NCBI GenBank assembly: GCA_020051075.1
Contig: JAGVJP010000107.1
Span: 1-38,795 of the forward strand
Direction: 5' to 3'
Length of the DNA stretch: 38,795 nt
DNA from: Parachlamydiales bacterium
GTDB taxonomy: Bacteria; Chlamydiota; Chlamydiia; Chlamydiales; Parachlamydiaceae
Shown here: positions 1-9,421 of the stretch, in pieces
Layout of the letters: each line of letters begins with the position of its first letter
How positions within the stretch are numbered: position 1 is the stretch's first letter
Notes under the pieces: model-generated
What the model saw: the letters and a program-made list of their open reading frames with translations, nothing else
Databases searched by the model: none
Told to the model about the DNA's origin: nothing
Made by a program: the position numbers and the translations under genes

Positions 1-975
1 GCCCTCAACCGGCTGACTACCATCGAAAAAGAAGGGGAGAAGATCGCCCTTCGCTATGATGCCTTTGACCGATGCATCCAAATCAACGACTCCACAGGAC
101 AAAAACAGCTCCTCTACCAAGGAGACAAGGAGATTGGCAGCATCCAAAGCGGTCGCATCAAAGAGCTCTGTCTGGCCCACTCAAACGCCTCTCGTGAGCA
201 TGTATTCGCCTTAGAACTAGACCAACAGGCCTATTTCCCTGTCCAAGACTACCGCTACAACATCTCAGCCCTCTATCGGCAAGATGGCTCCATCGCGCAA
301 TGGACCCGCTACACCTCGTTTGGACAGCAATCAGTCCACGGCATCAACCTTGACAACCCCTGGCGATTTGCTAACCGCCGCGACATTGCTGGCCTATCCC
401 TCTTTACGTATCGTCTCTATCACCCCGGGATACGTCGATGGCTCACCACCGATCCCATCGGCTTCGAAGATGGATGGAACCTTTATGCCTATGTACAAAA
501 TAACCCCCTCCGGTATACTGACCCCGATGGTCAATGGGCTTTTGTCCTTCCTTTGTTTGAAATCGCTTTCGGAGAGGTCGTTTCGCTAACTTTGTTGCCA
601 GCTCTTAAATATGCTGTGGTAGCCGGTGTTGCGAGTGTGATTGGTTGGAAAGTGGGTGAGTACCTTAATGATGAAAAAAATGATCTGACCGAAGATGAAA
701 CGCGAGATCATTGGGATGAAACAGAGAAAGAAATAGAAAAAAGAGGAGGTCCTACTAAAAAAGATTATAGGGGTGGGGGTAAGAAAGAAGATGGAACGCC
801 AGGACCTAATACGGTTCAAAATAAACAAGCGAGGGATGCAAAAAAAGAAATAGAACACGAAATAGGAAAGAAATTAACAGATAAGCAAGGAGATCGATTT
901 CATAGAGACATCACAAAAAAAAATTACAATTATAGAGAATTAGTTGAAGAAGGAGGAGCCTTATTTCATGAATAG
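1..975 (+). CDS. Rhs/YD-repeat polymorphic toxin, 5'-partial (Rhs core end plus C-terminal toxin domain)
   Basis: Frame +1 is open from base 1 to TAG at 973-975; the listed 553..975 ORF is only its tail. The translation has YD-like repeats (RYDAFDR, RYTSFG) and the Rhs core-end signature NPWRF...RLYHPGIRRWLTTDPIGFEDGWNLYAYVQNNPLRYTDPDG (PxxxxDPxG at 505-531), followed by a more AT-rich ~147 aa C-terminal extension. Confidence 0.93.
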   Translation, partial: ALNRLTTIEKEGEKIALRYDAFDRCIQINDSTGQKQLLYQGDKEIGSIQSGRIKELCLAHSNASREHVFALELDQQAYFPVQDYRYNISALYRQDGSIAQWTRYTSFGQQSVHGINLDNPWRFANRRDIAGLSLFTYRLYHPGIRRWLTTDPIGFEDGWNLYAYVQNNPLRYTDPDGQWAFVLPLFEIAFGEVVSLTLLPALKYAVVAGVASVIGWKVGEYLNDEKNDLTEDETRDHWDETEKEIEKRGGPTKKDYRGGGKKEDGTPGPNTVQNKQARDAKKEIEHEIGKKLTDKQGDRFHRDITKKNYNYRELVEEGGALFHE

Positions 976-1834
976 AGAATCTCTTACAAACATGCTCGAA
1001 TTGATGAAAGAAAGACTATACGGAAAGGGTGTTGCTGAAATATATAATTCTATAGGCTTTAATTTATTTCTTAGGATAGGGAAAAAAATAGAAATTCCTT
1101 TTGCACTTGAAGAAAGAGAAGAATGGGTAATCTGGATAAGTAATAGCGCTTGGCGAATAACCCAAGATGATCAATATATCGTTGCCTCTGGAGATGATCG
1201 TAATAACATTAAAACAGGGATCAATTGTCTTTTGAATCAAAGAATCCAAGAAGTATCTTTTACTTCGAATTTCTTAGATCTTCAAATAGATTTTGAATGT
1301 GGATATCGTTTGAGCACGTTTTTTAATTGGGTAACAGAAAACCAATGGACAATATTTATGCCTACCGGTGAAGATCTAACGGCGGAACTTTCTAATTTTG
1401 AGGGAATACAAGCTGTTCAGATTGTAGCTAAAGAATTTACAACTATTCAGGAATATATCTCATTGGATCAAAACTTAGAGGAATTTATCATAGAAGATGT
1501 ATATCTAAACGAAAGACATCAATTACAAATCGTTTTGAAGAACAATTGTACAATTGATGTTTTTAGTGCTACATGGAGGATGGAATCTAACGGAGAATTT
1601 TTGTTGGGCTATGTTCTTGAAGACAAATCAAATTTCGAAAGTATTTTCCAGCAATTTATTGGCAAACAAATCGCACAAATTAGTGTTCGTGTTCCAGGTT
1701 CTTTAATGGACGCCGTTTTTCAAGTTGGTACAGATCTGATTCTGAGAACATTTGCTTTCACCCGTTCGGTGGTTCAATGGGAACTATATAAAACAATGTT
1801 TCGTGCAAATATTGGTATGTGCGATTTGTCTTGA
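968..1834 (+). CDS. Putative immunity protein 1 (cognate to the Rhs toxin), internally duplicated domain
   Basis: ATG at 968 overlaps the toxin stop (CATGAATAG). AT-rich and acidic. Halves resemble each other (WISNSAWRITQDDQYIVASG vs VFSATWRMESNGEFLLGY). Function is inferred from position. Confidence 0.72.
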   Translation: MNRESLTNMLELMKERLYGKGVAEIYNSIGFNLFLRIGKKIEIPFALEEREEWVIWISNSAWRITQDDQYIVASGDDRNNIKTGINCLLNQRIQEVSFTSNFLDLQIDFECGYRLSTFFNWVTENQWTIFMPTGEDLTAELSNFEGIQAVQIVAKEFTTIQEYISLDQNLEEFIIEDVYLNERHQLQIVLKNNCTIDVFSATWRMESNGEFLLGYVLEDKSNFESIFQQFIGKQIAQISVRVPGSLMDAVFQVGTDLILRTFAFTRSVVQWELYKTMFRANIGMCDLS

Positions 1835-1851
1835 AAGAAAAGGTATTTTTT

Positions 1852-2715
1852 ATGAATAGAGACTCGCTTGTTAATATGCTTGAATCCATGCAAAGCAGTT
1901 TATTTGGTAAGAGCATCGGTCGAATCAATCATGCTGTCGGTTCTAATTTATTTATTGAAATAGGTGAAGATGTCGATTTATTGGTAGGGAAAGGAAAACG
2001 AAAAGAATGGGTGATTTGGATTAGTGATAGCGCCTGGAGAATCACTCACAATCAACTTTATGTTGTTGGATCTGGAGACCATGCACATGATATAAAAATT
2101 GGAATAGAAAAATTGCAGAATAAAACGGTTCAGAACCTGTTTTTCAGTTCCGATTTTCTTGATCTTCAAATTGAATTTGAAGATGGGTATCGCTTGAATA
2201 CTTTTTTCCATTCGCTCTCAGAAAACCAGTGGACAATATTTACACCTAGTTCTGAGGAATTAACGGCAGATCTCTCAAGTTTCGAAAGGATAAGAACTAT
2301 TCAGAATATTGCTAAAGAATTTGCAAAAGTTCAAGAATACCCTCTTCTAGAGATAAATCTAGAAAAGGGGATTATCGAAACGGTCTTTATAAACGAATTG
2401 AATGAATTAATGATTTATTTTGAAAAAAGGCGTGTCATTATTATCACACATGCGATGTGGAGGTTAGAATCTAAGGGAGAGTTCTTACTGGGCTTTGCCC
2501 GTGAGGAAACGCCTTATATTGAAAAAATTTTTCAAGGCTTGGTTGACCAGCAAATCACAAAAATCAACTCTTCGGATTCTTCAATGGATGCAACTTTTCT
2601 CATTGGAACGGATGTGATCCTTAGAACATTTGCCTTTACCCGTTCCATCAATCAATGGAAATTAGACAGAATTCTATTTCGTGCAAATAGTGATGTAGGT
2701 GATTTGTTAGTTTGA
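1852..2715 (+). CDS. Putative immunity protein 2, paralog of 968..1834
   Basis: Co-linear with the upstream gene: MNRESL/MNRDSL, EWVIWISxSAWRIT, FLDLQIxFExGYRLxTFF, ENQWTIF, ILRTFAFTRS, FRAN. Confidence 0.72.
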   Translation: MNRDSLVNMLESMQSSLFGKSIGRINHAVGSNLFIEIGEDVDLLVGKGKRKEWVIWISDSAWRITHNQLYVVGSGDHAHDIKIGIEKLQNKTVQNLFFSSDFLDLQIEFEDGYRLNTFFHSLSENQWTIFTPSSEELTADLSSFERIRTIQNIAKEFAKVQEYPLLEINLEKGIIETVFINELNELMIYFEKRRVIIITHAMWRLESKGEFLLGFAREETPYIEKIFQGLVDQQITKINSSDSSMDATFLIGTDVILRTFAFTRSINQWKLDRILFRANSDVGDLLV

Positions 2716-2716
2716 G

Positions 2717-2842
2717 AAATTGGATGAAGGCGAGTGAAATATTAAAATTAAATACTATCATTTTGAAGATTTACACGATTTTCCCTTTATTCAAATCTTT
2801 GCCAAGAGTGTTGAAGTAACCCATTCAGGAGTAAAAACGTGA
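2717..2842 (+). pseudogene. Possible 3' relic of a lost cassette gene
   Basis: Reads (K)LDEGE*NIKIKYYHFEDLHDFPFIQIFAKSVEVTHSGVKT*. Its terminal TGA (2840-2842) overlaps the GTG start of the next gene (GTGA). Confidence 0.3.
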
Positions 2843-3324
2843 GTGATCAACCACAAAATAAAAACTTCTGGTATGAAGTTGTTATCGACGATGTTCCAAG
2901 ATGCTTACCCGGAACATCTATTCATGACTTGCTCATACTTATTATGAAAGCAATAGAGCTCAAATATGTAGTTACAGATGATGTTGAAGGGGGAATGGTT
3001 CTTTATTTTCAAGAGATAGAGCATATTCCAACTGAAATTACTGAAGTACTCCCAAAATTTATAAATGTTGTTCAATTTGATTGGGGAGACTTTTTCTTGT
3101 ACAAAAACTATCCATCAGGTTGGGAATCTCTCGAGGGTAGATCAACTCGTGAACTTGATTATGATGAGTTAATACAAGAAACTGACGTGACAATCAGAGC
3201 TGTAGACGATCAATATATGTATGTCTATACAAAAGACGAAAAAATAGTCAAAGTTATTTCTGATAATTACGTTACTGAAAGTATTAAATTTGCGCAAATG
3301 GAAAGTTATGTTTTTCCATACTGA
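2839..3324 (+). CDS. Hypothetical acidic protein, putative orphan immunity protein
   Basis: GTG start with CAGGAG RBS; 161 aa, D/E-rich, AT-rich; QFDWGDFFL and TIRAVDDQYMYVY motifs; last gene of the post-toxin array. Confidence 0.6.
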   Translation: MSDQPQNKNFWYEVVIDDVPRCLPGTSIHDLLILIMKAIELKYVVTDDVEGGMVLYFQEIEHIPTEITEVLPKFINVVQFDWGDFFLYKNYPSGWESLEGRSTRELDYDELIQETDVTIRAVDDQYMYVYTKDEKIVKVISDNYVTESIKFAQMESYVFPY

Positions 3325-3400
3325 TCTCAGTGATTCAGTGGTGATTTATACAACAGTAAATTCTTCCAATAAATTCGTAAGAGATATAACATGTTCAGTT

Positions 3401-4687
3401 ATGATGACGAAAATATTTTCAGTACTACTTATTTTTTCTTCTTTGTTTCTGCATGCTGCTGTTGATCTATCGCCTCCTTTGAAAATGGTTGATCTCATCC
3501 ACATAGCGATGGAAAATCATCCTGAAACTCGGCAAATGTGGTGGAATGCAAAGCGGGCTGCGGCAGCACTGGGTCAAGCAAAAAGCGGGTATTATCCCAG
3601 TATATCTGCAAACATGAGTGTGTCTAATGGTCGCGATTTTAAGTTCATTAATGGTCCAGACACCAGCTACACGATATTAGGTGCCGACCTGATCTTATCG
3701 ATGATGCTCTATGATTTTGGAGAGAGAGACGCTAATGCTGAATCGGCAAGGCAAGCGCTTGTGGCGGCTGGTTGGCAGAGCGATTGGACACTGCAGAAAG
3801 TCCTTGTCCAGGTGTTTGAAAATGCTTATGCGTTGCTCCATGCACAAGAGACGATGAAGGCAGCGAAAATTTCGCTGGAAGAGGCTGAATTTATGGATCA
3901 GGCCGCTCGGCAGCTTAACAAATCTGGATTGGTTCCTATTACAGATGTCTATATGAGTCAATCGACTCTTGCTCAAATGCAGATGGATCTCATTGAACAT
4001 CAGTCTGCCCTCCAGGTAAGAAGGGCTCAGTTGGCTGCAAGTCTTGGTCTTGCTGCGACGACAAACCTAGAATTGGCCTCTTGCGACCAGCTTCCTCTGC
4101 CGCCGAAGAGGCTGCAAAGCGATATGATTGCGATGGCGATGCAACAGCGGGCTGATTTGATGGCAAAGCGCGCACAGCTTGTGGAAACTAGAATGAATGA
4201 AAAAAAAGTTAGAGTTTCATCGCTTCCTAAGCTATCGGCAACTGCTCGAGGAGGGGCGAATCATTATGTCCATGATAAAGCGAATGCTGCACAGTATCAA
4301 GTGACCTTGAATTTAGATGTGCCTCTCTTTGAAGGATTTGATTATGCCTACCAAAGGCGGATGGCTTATGCGGATAGTCAGATGGCAAGCGAAGAGCTCT
4401 CACAATTGGAATTGGATATAGCCCTTGAGGTATTGACTTATAGCCAAGCTTTGGAGGCTTCTCAAGAGATGCTTCCTTATGCTGAAGAACACGTGTCATG
4501 CGCTCTAAAAGCATATGAAGGTGTTTTTGAAAAGTATCAAGCAGGGAAAGAAAGCATGACTGAAATGTCGACAGCATTGCGGCAGCTGGCCGCTGCCCGC
4601 CTTAAATACAGCGAGGTACGTACACGCCTTGTGACTGCTTCAGCGAATTTAGCTTATGCAACAGGAACGTTAGGAAGTGTTCAATAA
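3401..4687 (+). CDS. TolC-family outer membrane efflux protein
   Basis: Signal peptide MMTKIFSVLLIFSSLFLHA; two OEP-like halves (YYPSIS...LYDFG; LPKLS...VPLFEG); first gene before MFP and RND genes. Start moved to ATG 3401. Confidence 0.9.
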   Translation: MMTKIFSVLLIFSSLFLHAAVDLSPPLKMVDLIHIAMENHPETRQMWWNAKRAAAALGQAKSGYYPSISANMSVSNGRDFKFINGPDTSYTILGADLILSMMLYDFGERDANAESARQALVAAGWQSDWTLQKVLVQVFENAYALLHAQETMKAAKISLEEAEFMDQAARQLNKSGLVPITDVYMSQSTLAQMQMDLIEHQSALQVRRAQLAASLGLAATTNLELASCDQLPLPPKRLQSDMIAMAMQQRADLMAKRAQLVETRMNEKKVRVSSLPKLSATARGGANHYVHDKANAAQYQVTLNLDVPLFEGFDYAYQRRMAYADSQMASEELSQLELDIALEVLTYSQALEASQEMLPYAEEHVSCALKAYEGVFEKYQAGKESMTEMSTALRQLAAARLKYSEVRTRLVTASANLAYATGTLGSVQ

Positions 4688-4726
4688 TAAATTGAACACT
4701 TCCTTAGTCCCTAACTAGGAGATCCT

Positions 4727-5806
4727 ATGCTCAAAAGAGCTCTCATGTTAATTGCTGCCCTGTCTTTAGCAGGGTGCACAACGCAAGATCAAGAAACAGA
4801 AACGAAGGCTGTACCTGTGTTGGAAACAGCCCCTCAAATCAAAGATATTCCCCTATATATTGAGTCGATCGGAACGCTGCATCCCTCAGCTCATGTTGAA
4901 GTTTACTCCCTCGTCCAAGGGAGCTTGCAAGACGTTTATTTTCGCGAAGGAGCGCAGGTAAATAGAGGAGATAAGCTCATGGACATCGATCCGAGAGCTT
5001 TTCAAGTTAAGGTGAAAGAGGCTGAAGCTCAACTTAACATTGATTTAGTCAATCTCCAATCTGCGCAAAAGAAGCAGGAGCGATTTCGCAAGCTTGCTCA
5101 AAAAGATCTGGTGGCTCAAACGGAGTGGGATGATTTTGAAGCAGAAGCCGCAAGAGCAGCAGCAGTCGTCGAATTAGATCAAGCCCGGCTGTCAGCAGCT
5201 AAACTCGAATTAGAACATTGCACCCTCGCCGCTACTATTGATGGGAGGGTAGGGAAACTAGAACTCGTTCCAGGCTGTCTCATTAACGCCTCTCAGTCAT
5301 CTCCTCTGACAACAATCGATCAAATCGACCCATTGGCCGTTGAATTTTCTTTGACAGAGCATGAGGTGTGTACGCTCCCAAAAGAAAACCTGAAAATAGA
5401 AATTCATAAAATTGGCGTAGCAGGAATAGAAAAAGACTGTGCTGTGGGAGAGATAACGTTTTTAGATCATCGTTTAGATGCTAAAACAGGGCAATGCTTT
5501 GTGCGAGGAACCCTCAAGAATCCGGGCCATAATCTTCTGCCAGGGCAATGCGTCCGAATCAGGATCCCTAATGGATTTGCCTTCCAATCAAAATTGCTTC
5601 CGAAGAAAACCGTTCGATACAATGAACAAGGAGCATACGTCTATGTCATCGAACCCGATTCAACAGTAGGATTCCGCCAACTCACTTTAGGCGATGAAGT
5701 TGATAAGGACATCATTGTTCTTGAAGGAATTGAATCTCAAGACCGTGTGATTTCCGATGGACATCTCCGGCTTTCTCCAGGGATAAAGGTAGAAGTGAAA
5801 TCATGA
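4727..5806 (+). CDS. RND efflux periplasmic adaptor (MFP), lipoprotein
   Basis: Lipobox LAGC; lipoyl/hairpin motifs (EGAQVNRGDKLMDIDPR, ATIDGRVG, LLPGQ); AGGAG RBS. Confidence 0.93.
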   Translation: MLKRALMLIAALSLAGCTTQDQETETKAVPVLETAPQIKDIPLYIESIGTLHPSAHVEVYSLVQGSLQDVYFREGAQVNRGDKLMDIDPRAFQVKVKEAEAQLNIDLVNLQSAQKKQERFRKLAQKDLVAQTEWDDFEAEAARAAAVVELDQARLSAAKLELEHCTLAATIDGRVGKLELVPGCLINASQSSPLTTIDQIDPLAVEFSLTEHEVCTLPKENLKIEIHKIGVAGIEKDCAVGEITFLDHRLDAKTGQCFVRGTLKNPGHNLLPGQCVRIRIPNGFAFQSKLLPKKTVRYNEQGAYVYVIEPDSTVGFRQLTLGDEVDKDIIVLEGIESQDRVISDGHLRLSPGIKVEVKS

Positions 5807-8800
5807 ACCTCTCCGCACTTTTTATTTCTAGGCCTGTGATGACTGTCTTCGTGATGTTAACGATGATCATTGCAGGGATGATGGCTTTCCATAAGCTTCC
5901 TGTCAGCGATCTTCCGACGATAGAACATCCTCATATTACAGTGCGCGCGGGATACCCTGGAGCTAGTCCTGAAACTGTTCTCAATGTCGTGACGCTGCCT
6001 CTAGAGAGAGCGCTGATCCAAGTCAAGGGGCTGGAGGAAATGTCTTCGAGCAGCTCGCAGGGGGATACCCGAATTTCGCTCTCATTTGGCCTTGACAAAA
6101 ATATGGATCAAGCGATCCGGGATGTACAGTCTGCTTTAAACCGTGTGGATAGGCATCTCCCCGATGAAGTCGAGCCGCGCCCTTATTATCGATTGGAGGA
6201 AGCCAGTCGAGAGGCCATCATGTATCTATTGGCTTCTTCGGAACAGACGAGTTATCAGGAACTGTACAATACCGTTGAAACATATGTCTTGCCCCGGTTG
6301 AATAGGATCCCTGGAGTGGCGAACGTTCACATTTATGGGACAAGCCAATCGATCTGGCTTAGATTGAATCCTGAGCTGATGGCGATGCGGGGAATTGAGT
6401 TTGACGAAGTGATCGAAGCGATTCATCAGCAGACGCAGCATGTGCCCCTAGGAACAATGCAGACCAATGACAAAACGCTCCCTCTTCAACTTTCTAAAAT
6501 AGCTGTCACGAAGCCCCATGAGCTTGCAAATATCTCTATTGGCAATTCAGGAGTGCGCCTGAAGGAAATCGGTGAAATTTCCACCGAGGGAGATGACGAG
6601 AAGGAATTCCATTTTTATGAAAATGGAAAAACCTCGCAGGCGATTGTCCTCGCAGTTCAAAAAGTCAGCGATGGCAATGCAAAAGCAATTTCTGACCATC
6701 TTCAAGAGGTGCTCGGTTCATTAAAGAAAGAGATTCCATCATCCATTAAACTCAATTTGTGGTTTAATAAAGCCGTTTGGATTGAAGCATCGATTCTCGA
6801 TGTCGAATGGTCTTTACTTGCTGCTTTCATCCTCGTTGTTTTGGTGATATTTTTGAGTTTAGGACGTTTCGTCGAAGCGTTGATTATCAGCATTGCCTTG
6901 CCAATAACGATCATTGGCACTTTTGCTGTTATGTATCTCCTAGGCTACAGCCTTGATTTATTGTCTTTGCTCGCATTGACCCTATCTGTTGGATTTGTTG
7001 TCGACGATGCCATTGTCGTCTTAGAGAATATCGTCAGAAAACAAGAAGAAGGTCTTTCAGTTCTAGAGGCAAGCTTGAAAGGTTCCAAACAAATTTGTTT
7101 CACCATTCTCTCTATGACTCTTTCATTGATCGCCGTTTTCATCCCTTTGCTTTTTATGGAAGGGATGAATGGACGTCTTTTTCGAGAATTCAGCATGACT
7201 CTTGCTGTTTCGATATTGATGTCAGGATTTGTTTCACTTGTCTTCACACCAATGCTGTGCAGCCGCTTTCTCTCCTCTTCACACACTAAAACCAAGTTGC
7301 AGGTTGTTATTGCGAAAGTTAATGACCGAATGGTAAAAGCGTATGAGAGCAGTTTAAAGAAATGTTTCAATTATCCAAAATCGATTTTGTTTATTGCTTT
7401 AGCTGCATTCTGCGGTGTCGTCCCTTTATTTAACTATTTGTCAGTTGAATTGATTCCCCCTGAAGACCGAGGATTTCTCTATGCCGGCGTATCTCTCCCT
7501 ACAGGCATTCCAGCAGCAGAATCGACCCTCTATCAGAATAAACTTGAATCTATTCTTTCGAATCATCATGCAGTCGAAAGTTTTGTCAGCGTCAGTGATT
7601 CAGACTCCCAATTCTTTATGATCAGGCTGCATCCACTGTCAATGCGTCCTTCAATCGATCAAGTGATGACAGATTTTCAAGAGGCCTTTGATGCGATCCC
7701 TGGAATACAAGGTTTCTTACATCGATATCAGCTGATCAATCTCGGTTTAGATTTTGGCAGCTCCGGACGTTACAAATTTATCGTTAAAGGGATCGACTTC
7801 AAAGAAGTCGAGAAAGTTGCTGAAGAGCTGACCAAGGCGATTCAATCGCATCCCGATTTTGCCTATGCCTCCGATTCTATGACGAATGACTCGCCGACGC
7901 TCGTCCTTAACCTTAACGAAGAGTTGATCAAACACCTCAAAATCTCTAAGAATAAGGTGCAGAATATCCTACAAATGGCTTATGGACAGAGCATTGCCGG
8001 GACAATACAGAGAGGAAATAATACAGAATCGATTTATTTTGAGTTGCAGCCCGAATACAAAAACCACGTCAGCGCTCTTGAAAAACTGTATCTGAAAGGG
8101 AATGATGGAGAATTAATCCCTTTGAAGGCCTTGGCAACATGGAAAGAAGAGCTTGCTTCGCCGACTCTCACCCGTCATGAGCAGCTTCCTTCGGCGACGA
8201 TCCGATTTTCTCTTGCAGACGACGTTCCCCCTAACCGAGGGATGGATCAAATTGAAGCGATTGCAGCAGAAATCCTTCCGGTCAATGTTAGCGGCTTCTT
8301 AGACGGAACAGCCAAGGAGATCTCTTCAGCGTTGTCTAGCACAATCATTTTACTTCTTGCGGCTGCGGTAGTTATGTATATAGTTCTTGGAATATTATAT
8401 GAGAGCTTTATTCATCCATTGACAATCTTGTCATCGCTCCCTTTTGCGAGTTTAGGGGGGATTTTAACCCTTTTCCTATTTGATGAGCCTATTTCAATCT
8501 TCAGCGCTGTCGGGTTTCTTTTATTGATCGGTATTGTCAAGAAAAACGGGATCATGATGATCGACTATGCCTTGGAGGCAGAGGGGCAGGGAATGGAGCC
8601 ATTTCAAGCCATTTTCCAAGGATGCCTCGTCCGTTTCAGACCGATCATGATGACGACAGCGACGGCGGTGATGGGAGCTGTTCCTATTGCCATCGGCTTT
8701 GGTGAAGGGGGAGAGATGCTCCGCGGCCTTGGACTCGTCATCGTGGGAGGGCTTCTGTTTTCACAGCTGCTGACCCTCTATGTCACTCCCATCCTCTACT

Positions 8801-8838
8801 TAACTTTTAGCCGCCTCACTGTACGCGGCAAGCGGTAA
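5803..8838 (+). CDS. RND efflux permease (AcrB/MdtB-MdtC-like)
   Basis: 1011 aa; FISRPV N-terminus, GFVVDDAIVVLENI, GIVKKNGIMMID, RFRPIMMTT; ATGA overlap with the MFP gene. Confidence 0.95.
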   Translation: MNLSALFISRPVMTVFVMLTMIIAGMMAFHKLPVSDLPTIEHPHITVRAGYPGASPETVLNVVTLPLERALIQVKGLEEMSSSSSQGDTRISLSFGLDKNMDQAIRDVQSALNRVDRHLPDEVEPRPYYRLEEASREAIMYLLASSEQTSYQELYNTVETYVLPRLNRIPGVANVHIYGTSQSIWLRLNPELMAMRGIEFDEVIEAIHQQTQHVPLGTMQTNDKTLPLQLSKIAVTKPHELANISIGNSGVRLKEIGEISTEGDDEKEFHFYENGKTSQAIVLAVQKVSDGNAKAISDHLQEVLGSLKKEIPSSIKLNLWFNKAVWIEASILDVEWSLLAAFILVVLVIFLSLGRFVEALIISIALPITIIGTFAVMYLLGYSLDLLSLLALTLSVGFVVDDAIVVLENIVRKQEEGLSVLEASLKGSKQICFTILSMTLSLIAVFIPLLFMEGMNGRLFREFSMTLAVSILMSGFVSLVFTPMLCSRFLSSSHTKTKLQVVIAKVNDRMVKAYESSLKKCFNYPKSILFIALAAFCGVVPLFNYLSVELIPPEDRGFLYAGVSLPTGIPAAESTLYQNKLESILSNHHAVESFVSVSDSDSQFFMIRLHPLSMRPSIDQVMTDFQEAFDAIPGIQGFLHRYQLINLGLDFGSSGRYKFIVKGIDFKEVEKVAEELTKAIQSHPDFAYASDSMTNDSPTLVLNLNEELIKHLKISKNKVQNILQMAYGQSIAGTIQRGNNTESIYFELQPEYKNHVSALEKLYLKGNDGELIPLKALATWKEELASPTLTRHEQLPSATIRFSLADDVPPNRGMDQIEAIAAEILPVNVSGFLDGTAKEISSALSSTIILLLAAAVVMYIVLGILYESFIHPLTILSSLPFASLGGILTLFLFDEPISIFSAVGFLLLIGIVKKNGIMMIDYALEAEGQGMEPFQAIFQGCLVRFRPIMMTTATAVMGAVPIAIGFGEGGEMLRGLGLVIVGGLLFSQLLTLYVTPILYLTFSRLTVRGKR

Positions 8839-9017
8839 ACAGGAGAGACAGGTAATCGTGAAGTCCATTTTAACCATTGCGCGCATTCTTATTGAAAGAA
8901 AATATTCGTAGACCATAACTGTTCTTGTTTTATAATTGCTTTGCAATCTAAATTTTGTTGTGACTAGTGGGAAAATTCGATTAAATTTGGATATTAATTT
9001 TGATGGAGTCGATTCGT

Positions 9018-9374
9018 ATGACGTTTGTCAAAGCTAAAGCAGGACCTCCAATCGCAGGGGATCCAGACACAAAATTTACGGTGCAATATTTCGATGAACA
9101 GGGGAATATGACCATTCGGACTGGCGGCACTCGCGCATGGAGATGTAATAATCTTGGTGCCCTTCTTAAAAGCTCTTATAGTATAGGTAAGGATAGACGT
9201 GCTATCACCGAATATCTGGTTCACAACAATGAGGAGTCTATTTGGCTTTCTAAGCAAGACGCTATCAAATTGACAATTGAAGGCAAGTTGCATGCCACTC
9301 TCGTTCATCTGAAAAATGGAAATCATTATCTTCGTCCTGAACACGGACAACACGGATTTGTTATTATTACCTAA
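9018..9374 (+). pseudogene. Small gene with a GGTRAWRCNN motif and DUF3892-like C-terminus, probably internally deleted
   Basis: ATG 9018 with GGAG RBS. N-terminal GGTRAWRCNNLGAL resembles the RNNNPGN motif of lysozyme-like proteins but ends abruptly at KDRRAI and runs into TEYLVH..SKQDAIKL..GKLHATLV..YLR (DUF3892-like). Confidence 0.5.
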
Positions 9375-9421
9375 AATAAGATCTATATACCCATAAAAAA
9401 TTTTCTCTCCTCCTGGGATAG

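Noticed and set aside
284..589. 101 aa ORF from the track
   Set aside because: Out-of-frame shadow of the Rhs core in frame +1.
3401..8838. TolC-MFP-RND as the export route for the Rhs toxin
   Set aside because: The inner membrane component is a small-molecule RND pump, not a type I secretion ABC transporter; adjacency alone is not evidence.
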